This document shows positions 39,374-49,234 of a stretch of DNA of 64,000 bases, piece by piece (position 1 is the first letter of the stretch; each line of letters begins with the position of its first letter). The notes beneath the pieces are model-generated. The model did not search any database. It worked only from the letters and a program-made list of their open reading frames with translations, and had not been told where the DNA came from. The stretch is from contig JBNJGY010000001.1 in NCBI GenBank assembly GCA_051748045.1, positions 126,774 through 190,773 on the forward strand, in the 5' to 3' direction. The position numbers and the translations under genes are program-made. The stretch comes from Thermotogota bacterium. Its GTDB lineage: Bacteria; Thermotogota; Thermotogae; Petrotogales; Petrotogaceae.

Positions 39374-41341
39374 TTACACAATAATTTCTTTCATAATATC
39401 TGCTAGTTCTATAAAATCGTCTTTTAATGAGGCTCCTCCAACTAATCCTCCGTCTATATCAGGCTTTGTGAATAAACCAAAAATATTAGTTGGTTTCACT
39501 GAACCACCATAAAGAATTGAGGTTGAATTAGCTATATCTCTATCATAAATAGAACCAATTAAATCTCTTATTGAGCTATGTGTTTCTTGAGCTTGTTTTG
39601 GAGTTGCAACTTTTCCAGTACCAATAGCCCAAACTGGTTCATAAGCGATTACAACATCTGACATATCTTCTTTTGTAACCCCTTTTAAACCTTTTTTAAT
39701 CTGTCTTTCAACAACATTGAAAGTTAGATCGTCTTCTCTTTCTTCCAATAACTCTCCAACACATAAAATAACTTTCAAATCTTCTGATAGTGCTTTTTTA
39801 ACTTTTTTATTTATTTCTTCATCAGTTTCTTTAAAGATATTTCTTCTTTCTGAGTGACCTAAAATTACATATTCTGTATTAATATCCTTCAGCATCTTCG
39901 CTGATATTTCTCCTGTATATGCTCCAGAGTCTTCAAAATGCATATTTTCAGCAGAAACTTTTATTTTTGAACTCTTTGTTATATCAGCTACTCTATCCAA
40001 AGCTGTGAAAGGTACTCCTAAAATAACTTCAAATTTATTTTCATTTCCAATTTGTCCTATTAATTTATTTACAAAAGAAGATGCTTCTGTATTAGTTTTA
40101 TTCATCTTCCAATTTCCAGCGAGAATAAAGTTCCTCTCACCTAGTTTTTTTTTATTTGCAATAGATTTAATTCCTGGTAATTCGTTTCCCTCTAAATATT
40201 CTAGGGAGGCGCCTCCGCCTGTAGAAACATGTGAGAATTTTTTAGCCAATCCAAATTTTTCAGCAGCAGCTGCAGAATCTCCACCACCAATGATGCTTGT
40301 AGCCCCCTCATCAGTTAAATTTGCGATTATTTGTGCAACTTCTTTGGTTCCTTGAGCAAAGTCTTCAATTTCAAATACACCCATTGGTCCATTCCATACT
40401 ATAGTTTTCATATCTGATAGTTCATTTTTAAACAATTCTAATGATCTAGGACCAATATCCAATCCCATCCATCCTTCTTCAATTCCATCTTCAATTGATA
40501 CTGTTTTCTTTTCTACACCAGCTTCTAATTTTTTGGCAACTATGGCATCTGTAGGTAGAATTATTTCAACATTTTTTTCTTTTGCTTCTTTTATCAATTC
40601 TTTTGCTAAATCTATTTTATCTTCTTCAAACTTTGATGAACCAATTTCTTTGTCTAGAGCTTTTAAGAATGTAAACATCATAGCTCCACCAATAAATATT
40701 TTATTTGCTTCATCCATTAAATTTCTTATAACTCCTATTTTATCTGAAACTTTTGCTCCTCCTAAAATTACAGCATAAGGTTTTTCTGGATTTTCTGTAA
40801 CTCCTCCAATGAACTTTATCTCTTTTTCCATTAGAAATCCAGCAACAGACGGAATAATAGAAGCTATTCCAACGTTAGAAGCGTGAGCTCTGTGTGCAGT
40901 CCCAAAAGCATCGTTTACATGAACATCTGCTAAAGAAGCCCAGTATTTTGAAAGTTCATCATCGTTTTTCTTTTCACCTTTTTCAAATCTTGTGTTTTCC
41001 AAAACTAATATTTCGCCAGAATTTAAAGATTCTACAGCTCTATCAACCTTTTCACCTTTTGTTTCATCAATGAAATTTACTTTGTTATCTATTAATTCGT
41101 TTAATCTATCTGAAACTGGTTTTAAAGAAAATTCTGGGTTTTTTTCTCCTTTGGGCCTTCCTAAATGAGAAAGAAGTATAACTTTTGCGCCTTTTTCTAA
41201 TACATAATTTATTGAAGGGATAGCTGCTTTTATTCTTGTTTCATCTGTTATTTTACCTTCTTTGATAGGAACATTGAAATCTACTCTCATTATAACTTTT
41301 TTATCTTTTAATTTTATATCCTTGATTGTCATTTTACTCAT
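39374..41341 (-). CDS. pgk-tpiA: Bifunctional phosphoglycerate kinase / triosephosphate isomerase fusion
   Basis: PGK motifs [25 protein letters not shown] and STGGGASLE, then TIM motifs [25 protein letters not shown] and GGLVGGASL, all in one frame. Confidence 0.97.
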   Translation of the reverse strand: MSKMTIKDIKLKDKKVIMRVDFNVPIKEGKITDETRIKAAIPSINYVLEKGAKVILLSHLGRPKGEKNPEFSLKPVSDRLNELIDNKVNFIDETKGEKVDRAVESLNSGEILVLENTRFEKGEKKNDDELSKYWASLADVHVNDAFGTAHRAHASNVGIASIIPSVAGFLMEKEIKFIGGVTENPEKPYAVILGGAKVSDKIGVIRNLMDEANKIFIGGAMMFTFLKALDKEIGSSKFEEDKIDLAKELIKEAKEKNVEIILPTDAIVAKKLEAGVEKKTVSIEDGIEEGWMGLDIGPRSLELFKNELSDMKTIVWNGPMGVFEIEDFAQGTKEVAQIIANLTDEGATSIIGGGDSAAAAEKFGLAKKFSHVSTGGGASLEYLEGNELPGIKSIANKKKLGERNFILAGNWKMNKTNTEASSFVNKLIGQIGNENKFEVILGVPFTALDRVADITKSSKIKVSAENMHFEDSGAYTGEISAKMLKDINTEYVILGHSERRNIFKETDEEINKKVKKALSEDLKVILCVGELLEEREDDLTFNVVERQIKKGLKGVTKEDMSDVVIAYEPVWAIGTGKVATPKQAQETHSSIRDLIGSIYDRDIANSTSILYGGSVKPTNIFGLFTKPDIDGGLVGGASLKDDFIELADIMKEIIV

Positions 41342-41363
41342 TATTTCACCCCCGGTTTTATTT

Positions 41364-41390
41364 AAAAAAAGGGAGACTGTTAGGTCTCCC
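41364..41390 (-). terminator. Internal terminator between gap and pgk-tpi
   Basis: Minus strand GGGAGAC-ctaaca-GTCTCCC-TTTTTTT. Confidence 0.8.
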
Positions 41391-41406
41391 ATGTATTTAC
41401 TTTTTA

Positions 41407-42417
41407 TTATTTAATTAATGATGCTAAATGTTTTACTAGTCTAACTAATTGAGTTGTATAACTCATTTCATTGTCATACCAAGAAACTATTTTTACTAAT
41501 TGTTTTCCATCAACTGTCATAACATTTGTCATTAGTGAATCAAATAAAGAACCATTTGAACATCCAATAACATCACTTGAAACTATAGGATCTTCTGTAT
41601 AACCTAGTGTATCTTTTAATTCACCTTCTGATGCTTTTTTCATTGCATTATTGATATCTTCTACAGTTACATCTTTTTCTAGTTCTACTACTAAATCTAC
41701 AACTGAGCCAGTTACTGTTGGAACTCTCATTGCAATACCGTCTAACTTTCCGTTTAATTCAGGTAATACTTTTCCTACTGCAACTGCAGCACCTGTTGTT
41801 GTCGGAGAAATATTTTGAGAAGCTGCTCTTGCTCTTCTGAAATCTTTGTGAACTCCATCAACAGTATTTTGATCAGCGGTAAATGCATGAATGGTAGTCA
41901 TAAAACCTTTTACCAAACCAAAATTATCATTTAAAACTTTTGCAACAGGAGCTAAACAATTTGTAGTACAAGATGCTCCATCAATAATATCTTCTTCGCC
42001 TGATAAAATATTATGATTAACATTATATACTATACTAGGAATATCTCCTTTTCCTGGTGCTGAAATAACTACTTTTTTTGCTCCAGCATCTAGATGCATT
42101 GCAGCTTTTTCTTTTGTTCTGAATACACCAGTACATTCTAAAACTACGTCAACATCTAACTCACTCCAAGGTAGACTTTTAGGATCTTTTTCAGCAATAA
42201 CCTTTACATCTTTTCCATTTACACTGAAAGCTCCTTCTTTCACTTCTACAGTTCCATTGAATCTTCCATGTGGTGTATCATATTTCAAAAGATGAGCTAA
42301 AGCTTTTGAATCAGATAAATCATTAATAGCAACAATATCAAATTCAGGATTGTCAAACATAAGTCTGAATGCCAATCTCCCAATTCTTCCAAATCCGTTA
42401 ATAGCAACTTTTACCAT
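41407..42417 (-). CDS. gap: Type I glyceraldehyde-3-phosphate dehydrogenase
   Basis: [26 protein letters not shown] and SWYDNE motifs. Confidence 0.98.
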   Translation of the reverse strand: MVKVAINGFGRIGRLAFRLMFDNPEFDIVAINDLSDSKALAHLLKYDTPHGRFNGTVEVKEGAFSVNGKDVKVIAEKDPKSLPWSELDVDVVLECTGVFRTKEKAAMHLDAGAKKVVISAPGKGDIPSIVYNVNHNILSGEEDIIDGASCTTNCLAPVAKVLNDNFGLVKGFMTTIHAFTADQNTVDGVHKDFRRARAASQNISPTTTGAAVAVGKVLPELNGKLDGIAMRVPTVTGSVVDLVVELEKDVTVEDINNAMKKASEGELKDTLGYTEDPIVSSDVIGCSNGSLFDSLMTNVMTVDGKQLVKIVSWYDNEMSYTTQLVRLVKHLASLIK

Positions 42418-42517
42418 TTGTGCACCTCCTAAAGATGTATGAGCAATTGTTATTTTTTTCTCTAACTATATTATATCTCTAAAATTATAAGTTAATGCAA
42501 AATGAACGTTAAAGTTT

Positions 42518-42913
42518 TTATAAGCCTAAGCCCATTCCTTCAAAGCCACCCAAATATTTTTGAGAGATTTTTTCACTTTCTTCTTCTTTATATGTCTTTG
42601 CATTCTCAAGAGCTTCATTGGTCGCAGCAATGATCATATCTTTTATTATGTCCATATCTTCGTCTTCTAATTCATCAGAAATTTGAACATCTTTTACTCT
42701 TAGATCACCACTAACAACTACTTTTACAACTCCACCACCAGAAGTTGCTTCTATTTCTTTATTTACTAAACCTGCTTCCATTTCTTCCATTTCTTTTTCC
42801 ATTGATTGTTGTGCTTGTTGTGCTTGTTGTAATAATTTATTCATATTCCCAGATTTTTTAGGCGCACTCTTTTTAAAAGATCTGCCACCCATACTTTTTA
42901 TTTTTTTACCCAT
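42518..42913 (-). CDS. YbaB/EbfC nucleoid-associated protein
   Basis: MNKLLQQAQQAQ, EATSGGGVVKVVVSG and DMIIAATNEAL motifs. Confidence 0.9.
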   Translation of the reverse strand: MGKKIKSMGGRSFKKSAPKKSGNMNKLLQQAQQAQQSMEKEMEEMEAGLVNKEIEATSGGGVVKVVVSGDLRVKDVQISDELEDEDMDIIKDMIIAATNEALENAKTYKEEESEKISQKYLGGFEGMGLGL

Positions 42914-43099
42914 TAAAAGTTCCTCCTTTCTTTTCGTTATAATTATATCATTTTTTTGATTATTCCCAAATAATTATAATTAAAATTAAATATAACAAAT
43001 AATTACATATATATGATATTATGTTTAATTTATTAAATAAATGTTAATTTTATCATACTTAAAATATATAGTATAATTTAAAATGAGAGGAGGGATTAT

Positions 43100-43945
43100 A
43101 TGTTTTCATATAGATCACTAAAAGATGTTTCCCAGGTAGAAATAATTAGATTAGTTAATGATGTCTTCAAAGATTATATAGTTCCAATTGATTGGAATTT
43201 AAAAACCTTTGAAAAAGATGTCAGAGAATATTCTATATCTTTAGAAGATTCTTTCATATGTTACGATGATGGTTCACCTATAGGTTTTTCTATAGTTTCT
43301 CATAGAGGTGAACTAGGTAGAATTGATTCAATTGGAGTACTCCCTCAATATAGAGGAAAAGGTATAGCCTCTGAAATTATTTACAGAACTCTAGAAACAC
43401 TAAAATGGAAAGGTGTCAAAAAAATAATTTTAGAAGTTGAGAAAAATGAAGAAAGAGCTATAAATTTTTATAAAAAGCATGGGTTTAAAGAAAAAAGGGA
43501 TCTTGTATCATTTAATTTAAAAACAGCAATTAATGAAGAACCAAATTATAAGTATTCTGAAGAAGATAATAAATGGCTGAAAGAAAATTCCTTTAAAGCA
43601 AAAACTAACTTAAAAAGAAAACCAAATTGGCAAAGACATCCACAAACTTTAGAAAAAAGTGAAGATAGATATATAATAGAGAAAGTTATGGAATGGGGAT
43701 ATACAATAGGTTATGTTGTATGGGGAGAAAACAAAGATAATTGTTTTATTGTCGACGCTTCACCTATAAATGATACAACCCCCTACAAATTATTTCTTGA
43801 AGATGTAATAAAAAGAGTTACTAAAAATCATGATTCAATATCTGTTGTTGGAGTACCAGAAAACGATCCAATGTATAAAGCACTTTTGGATAATGGATTT
43901 AAAGACTTTTTAACTCAAACAGAAATGGAAAAGAAAATACATTAA
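43100..43945 (+). CDS. GNAT acetyltransferase (tandem domain)
   Basis: IGVLPQYRGKGIA acetyl-CoA motif and LEV...NERAINFYKKHGF. Confidence 0.88.
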   Translation: MFSYRSLKDVSQVEIIRLVNDVFKDYIVPIDWNLKTFEKDVREYSISLEDSFICYDDGSPIGFSIVSHRGELGRIDSIGVLPQYRGKGIASEIIYRTLETLKWKGVKKIILEVEKNEERAINFYKKHGFKEKRDLVSFNLKTAINEEPNYKYSEEDNKWLKENSFKAKTNLKRKPNWQRHPQTLEKSEDRYIIEKVMEWGYTIGYVVWGENKDNCFIVDASPINDTTPYKLFLEDVIKRVTKNHDSISVVGVPENDPMYKALLDNGFKDFLTQTEMEKKIH

Positions 43946-43980
43946 ATAAATGACCTGATATTAAATCAGGTCATTTATTT
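43944..43980. terminator. Bidirectional terminator
   Basis: AAATAAATGACCTGAT-attaa-ATCAGGTCATTTATTT between convergent genes. Confidence 0.8.
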
Positions 43981-45605
43981 TTTATTATTTTATATATATT
44001 TTCCAATTGTTTTTTATTAAGAAAATCTATTTTTTTATTGAAAACTATCTTATCAGCAGTTTTTTTAGATATTCCTTTTATCATTGATAGCTGTCTTCTA
44101 TTTAATTTTTTTATTTGAACAGGATCTTCTAAAACAGTTAACGATCTTGAGCCATGATCAACAACTACTCCATCAAACTTTGTTAATTTTTCTCTTTGTT
44201 CTGGTGAACCACAAATAACTGAATAAGTTCCTAACTGCCTTGAAAATGTCATATTATTTTCATTTTTTTCTACAATTAACTCTTTTAATATTGTACCTAA
44301 CGGAAATACTCTTTCTAGCATTTTATTGTCATATTCTTTCATAAATTCTTTAAATTTTAAAAATTCTTTCTTATTTACTTTATGCTTTTCTTCTGTTTTA
44401 GATAAAAATGTTTCAGGAAATATCATAACTTGCCTTACGTTAATTCGTCTTAGCATATTATTTCCTTTATAAATTTTTTCTAAAAAGCTTTTATTAATTT
44501 GATAAGTATCATTTGTCTCGCCTATTAAGCCATAAAGCAAATTAATACCAGGTAATAATTTTGGTATTCCATTTTTATCTCTTCCTCCCCCTATTTTATT
44601 AACCAGTTCAATTGCTTTTAAAAATATATCTTGATTTCCAGATATTCTATTTTTTTTCAACACATTTTCATCAAAACTCTCAATTCCAAATGAAAGAATA
44701 TCTCCGGGTGTATTATATTTAGCTATTGTTTCTAAAATTATTTTCGATTCTTTATAATTATCTACAATAAATTTTGGATTAGCATTATCTGTGTGTATTA
44801 AATCAAATTTATTGTGAATTTCTTTATATAGCTCTTTGAAAATTTCTGTATTTATTTTCTTGTTGTTAAAAGTTATTCCATATGCTAAAAAATTAGAACT
44901 GCGTCCAAAACGTATATTTTTAGCTCCATTTTTTGATAATGCTGTTAATTCGTTTAACACGTTTTTAATTGTTCTTTCTTTATAAACCCCATAGATAATT
45001 GGTTCAGTACAAAAACTACAAAATCCTTCTTGTCTATCACAACCTCTAGAAAGTTCTATTTCAACTATTACATCTGGATATCTTGGATGTTGTTTTACTA
45101 TCGCTGATCCAAGTGGAGCAACTTTGTCAATTATTTCATATTTTTCTCTTTCGTATAAATTCCAGTTATTGCTTATAGGATATTTTATTAAAAAGTTTTC
45201 TAAAGCTCCTTCTATTATAAAATCATAATTTTTTCCTAATAATTTTTTTATTACACCAGCTTTTTTCCCCCCAGTTAATGTATAACCTTTAGTTATTGGA
45301 CCTCCTAAAATTCTTAAAGGAGAAGGATTTATTGTAAATATTTTTTTTATTTCTTCAATATTTATAGGTTTTCCTCCAAGATAATGTCCAGGCACTGTAG
45401 TTCCTGCAATAATTATAGTATAATCAAAATGATCAAAGGATTGCCATAAATCTTTTTCTCTTATTTGATCAATGGTATAATATTTTACTTCTATTCCATG
45501 ATACATTAGAGCTCCTGCAGAATATCTAACATGAGGAGAAATATAAGGAGGAACTCCTAATGATGCTGGTTCATCTAAATAACCATCAATTATAACTGCT
45601 TTCAT
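43971..45605 (-). CDS. Radical SAM protein with C-terminal helix-hairpin-helix (COG1031-like)
   Basis: IIDGYLDEPASLGVPPYISP N-terminus, RGCDRQEGFCSFC cluster motif, RRINVRQV, and HhH-like MIKGISKKTA. Confidence 0.85.
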   Translation of the reverse strand: MKAVIIDGYLDEPASLGVPPYISPHVRYSAGALMYHGIEVKYYTIDQIREKDLWQSFDHFDYTIIIAGTTVPGHYLGGKPINIEEIKKIFTINPSPLRILGGPITKGYTLTGGKKAGVIKKLLGKNYDFIIEGALENFLIKYPISNNWNLYEREKYEIIDKVAPLGSAIVKQHPRYPDVIVEIELSRGCDRQEGFCSFCTEPIIYGVYKERTIKNVLNELTALSKNGAKNIRFGRSSNFLAYGITFNNKKINTEIFKELYKEIHNKFDLIHTDNANPKFIVDNYKESKIILETIAKYNTPGDILSFGIESFDENVLKKNRISGNQDIFLKAIELVNKIGGGRDKNGIPKLLPGINLLYGLIGETNDTYQINKSFLEKIYKGNNMLRRINVRQVMIFPETFLSKTEEKHKVNKKEFLKFKEFMKEYDNKMLERVFPLGTILKELIVEKNENNMTFSRQLGTYSVICGSPEQREKLTKFDGVVVDHGSRSLTVLEDPVQIKKLNRRQLSMIKGISKKTADKIVFNKKIDFLNKKQLENIYKIIKNK

Positions 45606-45637
45606 TTTTAAACCTCCAATTGAAAGGGGATGAAAAT

Positions 45638-46516
45638 ATGTATTCAAATTTTGGCGAAATTATTGATTTATCTATAAAATCAAAAAAAGAATTATATGAA
45701 ATTATATTAGAATGGGAAATGTTAGAAAATGGACAAGATCAAGATGATTTAGTATCATTTACTGAAAAAATCTTTGAAGAAATGCTGGATTCATATAAAG
45801 CAAAGCTTGATAATGATGAACTTAGTTTAACTGGATGGAGTGGGTTCAACACAAAAAAATATAAAGATCATAAAGATAGTGGTAAAAGTATTATGAATAA
45901 GTTATTCTCAAAATCATTATTAGCTGCACTTTCTACTTCAGAAAATAATGCTAATATGGGAAAAATTGTAGCTTGTCCAACTGCTGGATCAGCTGGTGTG
46001 GTACCCGGTGTATTAATTTCTTTATATGAAGAAAAAAATATTCCTAAAGAAAAAATTGTACAATCTTTGGTTATCGCTGGAGCCATTGGAGAATTTATAA
46101 GTAAAAAATCAACTTTATCTGGTGCAGCGGGTGGTTGTCAAGCTGAGATAGGTAGTGCTTGTAGTATGGCAGCTGGAGCTGCAGTTAATGCTCTAGGAGG
46201 ATCTGCAAAACAAGTTGAAAATGCTTCTGCCTTGGCTCTCAAATTTTTAATGGGGTTAGTTTGCGACCCGGTTGGTGGATTTGTTGAAGTTCCTTGTATA
46301 AAAAGAAATCCAGCAGCTAGTATTTTAGCGTTAACAGCTGCTGAAATGGCTCTATCTGGCATAGAAAGTGTTATTCCTTTTGATGAGGTTGCTCAAGCAA
46401 TGGCAAAAGTTGGTAGATCTATGAGTGAGGATCTTAGAGAAACTGGAAAAGGCGGAATTGCAGCTTCAAAAACAGCAAAAAAAATACTATCTAGATTCAC
46501 TCAAAGCCAAATCTAG
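45638..46516 (+). CDS. sdaAA: L-serine dehydratase, Fe-S dependent, alpha subunit
   Basis: IVACPTAGSAGVVPG, SGAAGGCQAEIG, GLVCDPVGGFVEVPCIKRN and LRETGKGG motifs. Confidence 0.95.
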   Translation: MYSNFGEIIDLSIKSKKELYEIILEWEMLENGQDQDDLVSFTEKIFEEMLDSYKAKLDNDELSLTGWSGFNTKKYKDHKDSGKSIMNKLFSKSLLAALSTSENNANMGKIVACPTAGSAGVVPGVLISLYEEKNIPKEKIVQSLVIAGAIGEFISKKSTLSGAAGGCQAEIGSACSMAAGAAVNALGGSAKQVENASALALKFLMGLVCDPVGGFVEVPCIKRNPAASILALTAAEMALSGIESVIPFDEVAQAMAKVGRSMSEDLRETGKGGIAASKTAKKILSRFTQSQI

Positions 46517-48187
46517 GAATTCTCTTGCAATAGGTACAGCAACAGAAGAGCCAAATCCTCCATTTTCAATAAACACAACAATAGAATATTTTCTTTCTAA
46601 TTCTGGAGTATACCCAGCAAACCACGCATGTGGTCTTTTACCCCCAGAAACTTGGGCTGTACCTGTTTTACCTGCTACTACATAATTTGCGTCTTTAAAT
46701 CCATCATAAGCGGTTCCTCCATTTTTTGAGTCTCCAGGAAATGAAGTAACTTGTATTAATCCTTCTAATATATATGAAAGATATTTTTCGTCTAAATCAT
46801 AATTATTAGATAATTCTTTTCTATATTGATCAATTTTTTCATTAAAAATATTTTCTGTTTTATTATATATATGGAATTTATAATAATTTCCATTTTCAGA
46901 TAATATGTTATAATATCTTAAAATCTGTAAAGGGGTCATCTGTATATAACTTTGACCAATATAAGCTTGAATTGTTTCTCCAGGATACCAAGGTTCATCA
47001 AATCTATTTCTTTTCCATTCTTCATCTGGGAAAACACCTTCTGCTTCTCCTGGTAAATCTATTCCTGTTTCTTTTGTTAGAGAAAACTTATTTGCTTGTT
47101 CATCAAGAAAATTAATTCCAATTTCTTCTCCTAGTTTATAGTAATAACTATTTGCAGAAACTCTCAGAGATTTCACAAGATCAACTACACCATGTCCTAT
47201 TAGATTCCAGTCATCAAATGTAGCAATTGAATTACCTGAGGAATTATAAATAGTATATCTACCTGTAGAGTTGACAGTAGCCTCAGGGGAAATGCCATAT
47301 TCCAAAGCAGAATAAGCGATGAATGGTTTCAAAACTGATCCTGGAGCAAATGAATCTGAAATGCTCCTATTTAAAAGAGGGGATTTATTATCATTTAATA
47401 TTCTTCTAAACTCAAGGTTTGTGAGTCCTCTTGAAAAATCGTTAGGATTAGGCGCAGGATATGAAACCATAGAATAAATCGAACCATCTTCTGGATTAGA
47501 AATTATAACACTTCCAACGTGATTATGTTCTTCCATATAATTATATATCTTTTCTTGCAATTCTATATCAATTGTTAAATATAAATTATTACCTTTGATC
47601 GAAGGTATATTTTCTATAGAGCTTTCAACATGCCCTGAAGGAGATATAGTTACTATTTTATATCCTTCTTTTCCTTTAAGTGTTTCATTAAACTCTCTTT
47701 CAATACCAGTTCTTGGAACTCCTTCGTTGTCAACGTATCCTAACAAATGATATAATGATTCATGTTTATATTTTCTTATATATCTTTCATTCACTATAAA
47801 CCCGTCTAAAGAATTAATTTTCATAGCTGTAGTGCTTGGAATATTGACTTTTGCTCTTTTGTTAAAATTCAAGTCATCTATTATTTCGTTTATATCTAGA
47901 TTAGAGAATTTAAGATAGTCTTTTAACTCTTTTTCTTTGTCAGGCTCTAATACATCAGTGGTTAAATTTATCTGATATATCTTTTCGTTCCAAGCTAAAA
48001 GAACTCCATTTTTATCATATATATTACCCCTTCTACCGGGTATTTTATAAACTCTTGTACTCATATCTAATACATTTAATCTAAAATCTTTCCAATTCAA
48101 TACCTGTAAATAGAAAGATCTTCCGATTAAAATTGAAAAAGCAGTTAGCATTACAAAGAATAATAAGTTAACTCTATTATCTTTCAT
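46487..48187 (-). CDS. mrdA: Penicillin-binding protein 2 (class B transpeptidase)
   Basis: RGNIYDKNG, GIER, SxxK (GSVLKP), SxN (SAN) and KTG motifs; follows mreBCD. Confidence 0.9.
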   Translation of the reverse strand: MKDNRVNLLFFVMLTAFSILIGRSFYLQVLNWKDFRLNVLDMSTRVYKIPGRRGNIYDKNGVLLAWNEKIYQINLTTDVLEPDKEKELKDYLKFSNLDINEIIDDLNFNKRAKVNIPSTTAMKINSLDGFIVNERYIRKYKHESLYHLLGYVDNEGVPRTGIEREFNETLKGKEGYKIVTISPSGHVESSIENIPSIKGNNLYLTIDIELQEKIYNYMEEHNHVGSVIISNPEDGSIYSMVSYPAPNPNDFSRGLTNLEFRRILNDNKSPLLNRSISDSFAPGSVLKPFIAYSALEYGISPEATVNSTGRYTIYNSSGNSIATFDDWNLIGHGVVDLVKSLRVSANSYYYKLGEEIGINFLDEQANKFSLTKETGIDLPGEAEGVFPDEEWKRNRFDEPWYPGETIQAYIGQSYIQMTPLQILRYYNILSENGNYYKFHIYNKTENIFNEKIDQYRKELSNNYDLDEKYLSYILEGLIQVTSFPGDSKNGGTAYDGFKDANYVVAGKTGTAQVSGGKRPHAWFAGYTPELERKYSIVVFIENGGFGSSVAVPIAREFLDLALSESR

Positions 48188-48581
48188 TAAAAATCATCCT
48201 CATATTTAAATAATAAAGAGAAATGATTAAAATATTAGTCGTTATAAAGCTAAAATAAGAATTTGTTATATAACTGAGAAAAAATGTGTAAGGTAAAGAG
48301 TATAAAATTACACCATAGTAATTATTAGGAAGGTTATTAAAAATTTTTCTAAAGATAATATAGGTTAAATAAAATAATATGGCTGTAAATCCTAAATCAT
48401 ATCTGGAAGAAAAGAAAAATAATACATAAATCATAGTAAAAATAAGATCAAATTCTTCATCTTTGAAAAATTTGAGATAAATAGAAAATATTGGAAACAT
48501 AAAAAATATATTATTCCCTAACCAACTATCCCATGAAGATATCAACAAGGAGATAATTGTCATAATTATTAAAACTATCAT
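48177..48581 (-). CDS. Integral membrane protein, probable MreD
   Basis: Highly hydrophobic 134-aa ORF between an mreC-like gene and PBP2; called mainly by synteny. Confidence 0.6.
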   Translation of the reverse strand: MIVLIIMTIISLLISSWDSWLGNNIFFMFPIFSIYLKFFKDEEFDLIFTMIYVLFFFSSRYDLGFTAILFYLTYIIFRKIFNNLPNNYYGVILYSLPYTFFLSYITNSYFSFITTNILIISLYYLNMRMIFNER

Positions 48582-49232
48582 TTAATTTACCTCCAATATA
48601 AATACTGTACTAGATTCAATTTGTTTAGGACTGAAAATGTAATTATCTCCAATTTTTGATACTATCTCACCCTGTATATTGATATTTTGTTCTTCAATAT
48701 AAAATGGTGTATTTATTAATAGATTTTTCTTATCTAGAGTAATATCTTCTGGTAATTCAATATATAAATCACCATTATTTTCCTTCACAAAAACGTCATT
48801 ATTATCCAATATTCCAAAAAAACTATTGTCGCCCCAACCTAATTTTTTAACAATAGCCATATCTTTTACATAAGACTCTACAAAGCCTATTAAATTTTTA
48901 TTTGTATCAATAACTAATGAATTTATGTCGATTTTACTTGTAGTTTTGATCCTATAATATTTTCCATTTTCAAAAAGAATTATTCCAGGTTTTGAATTTG
49001 TATCTAATGCTATCTCAGTATTTGTTTTTATTTCATATTTTTTTAGTTCTTTTTCTATTTCAACAAATCTTTCATTATTGGATTTTGATATTTCTACATA
49101 TTCATAAATATCAGAAAATATCATATCAAACGGCCAAACAACCCATTGAATATGTTTTTCAATGGGTTTATATATATTTGCTATTATTATTATAAAAATT
49201 AATATATTCAAATAAAACAAGCTTTTTTTCAT
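48582..49232 (-). CDS. Probable rod shape-determining protein MreC (divergent)
   Basis: N-terminal TM, short coiled coil and NLIGFV strand; lies between mreB and the mreD-like gene. Confidence 0.6.
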   Translation of the reverse strand: MKKSLFYLNILIFIIIIANIYKPIEKHIQWVVWPFDMIFSDIYEYVEISKSNNERFVEIEKELKKYEIKTNTEIALDTNSKPGIILFENGKYYRIKTTSKIDINSLVIDTNKNLIGFVESYVKDMAIVKKLGWGDNSFFGILDNNDVFVKENNGDLYIELPEDITLDKKNLLINTPFYIEEQNINIQGEIVSKIGDNYIFSPKQIESSTVFILEVN

Positions 49233-49234
49233 TT

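Noticed and set aside
41342..41392. Track start of pgk-tpi at 41392 (17 extra residues)
   Set aside because: That ATG leads into the terminator hairpin; the SD-supported start is ATG 41341.
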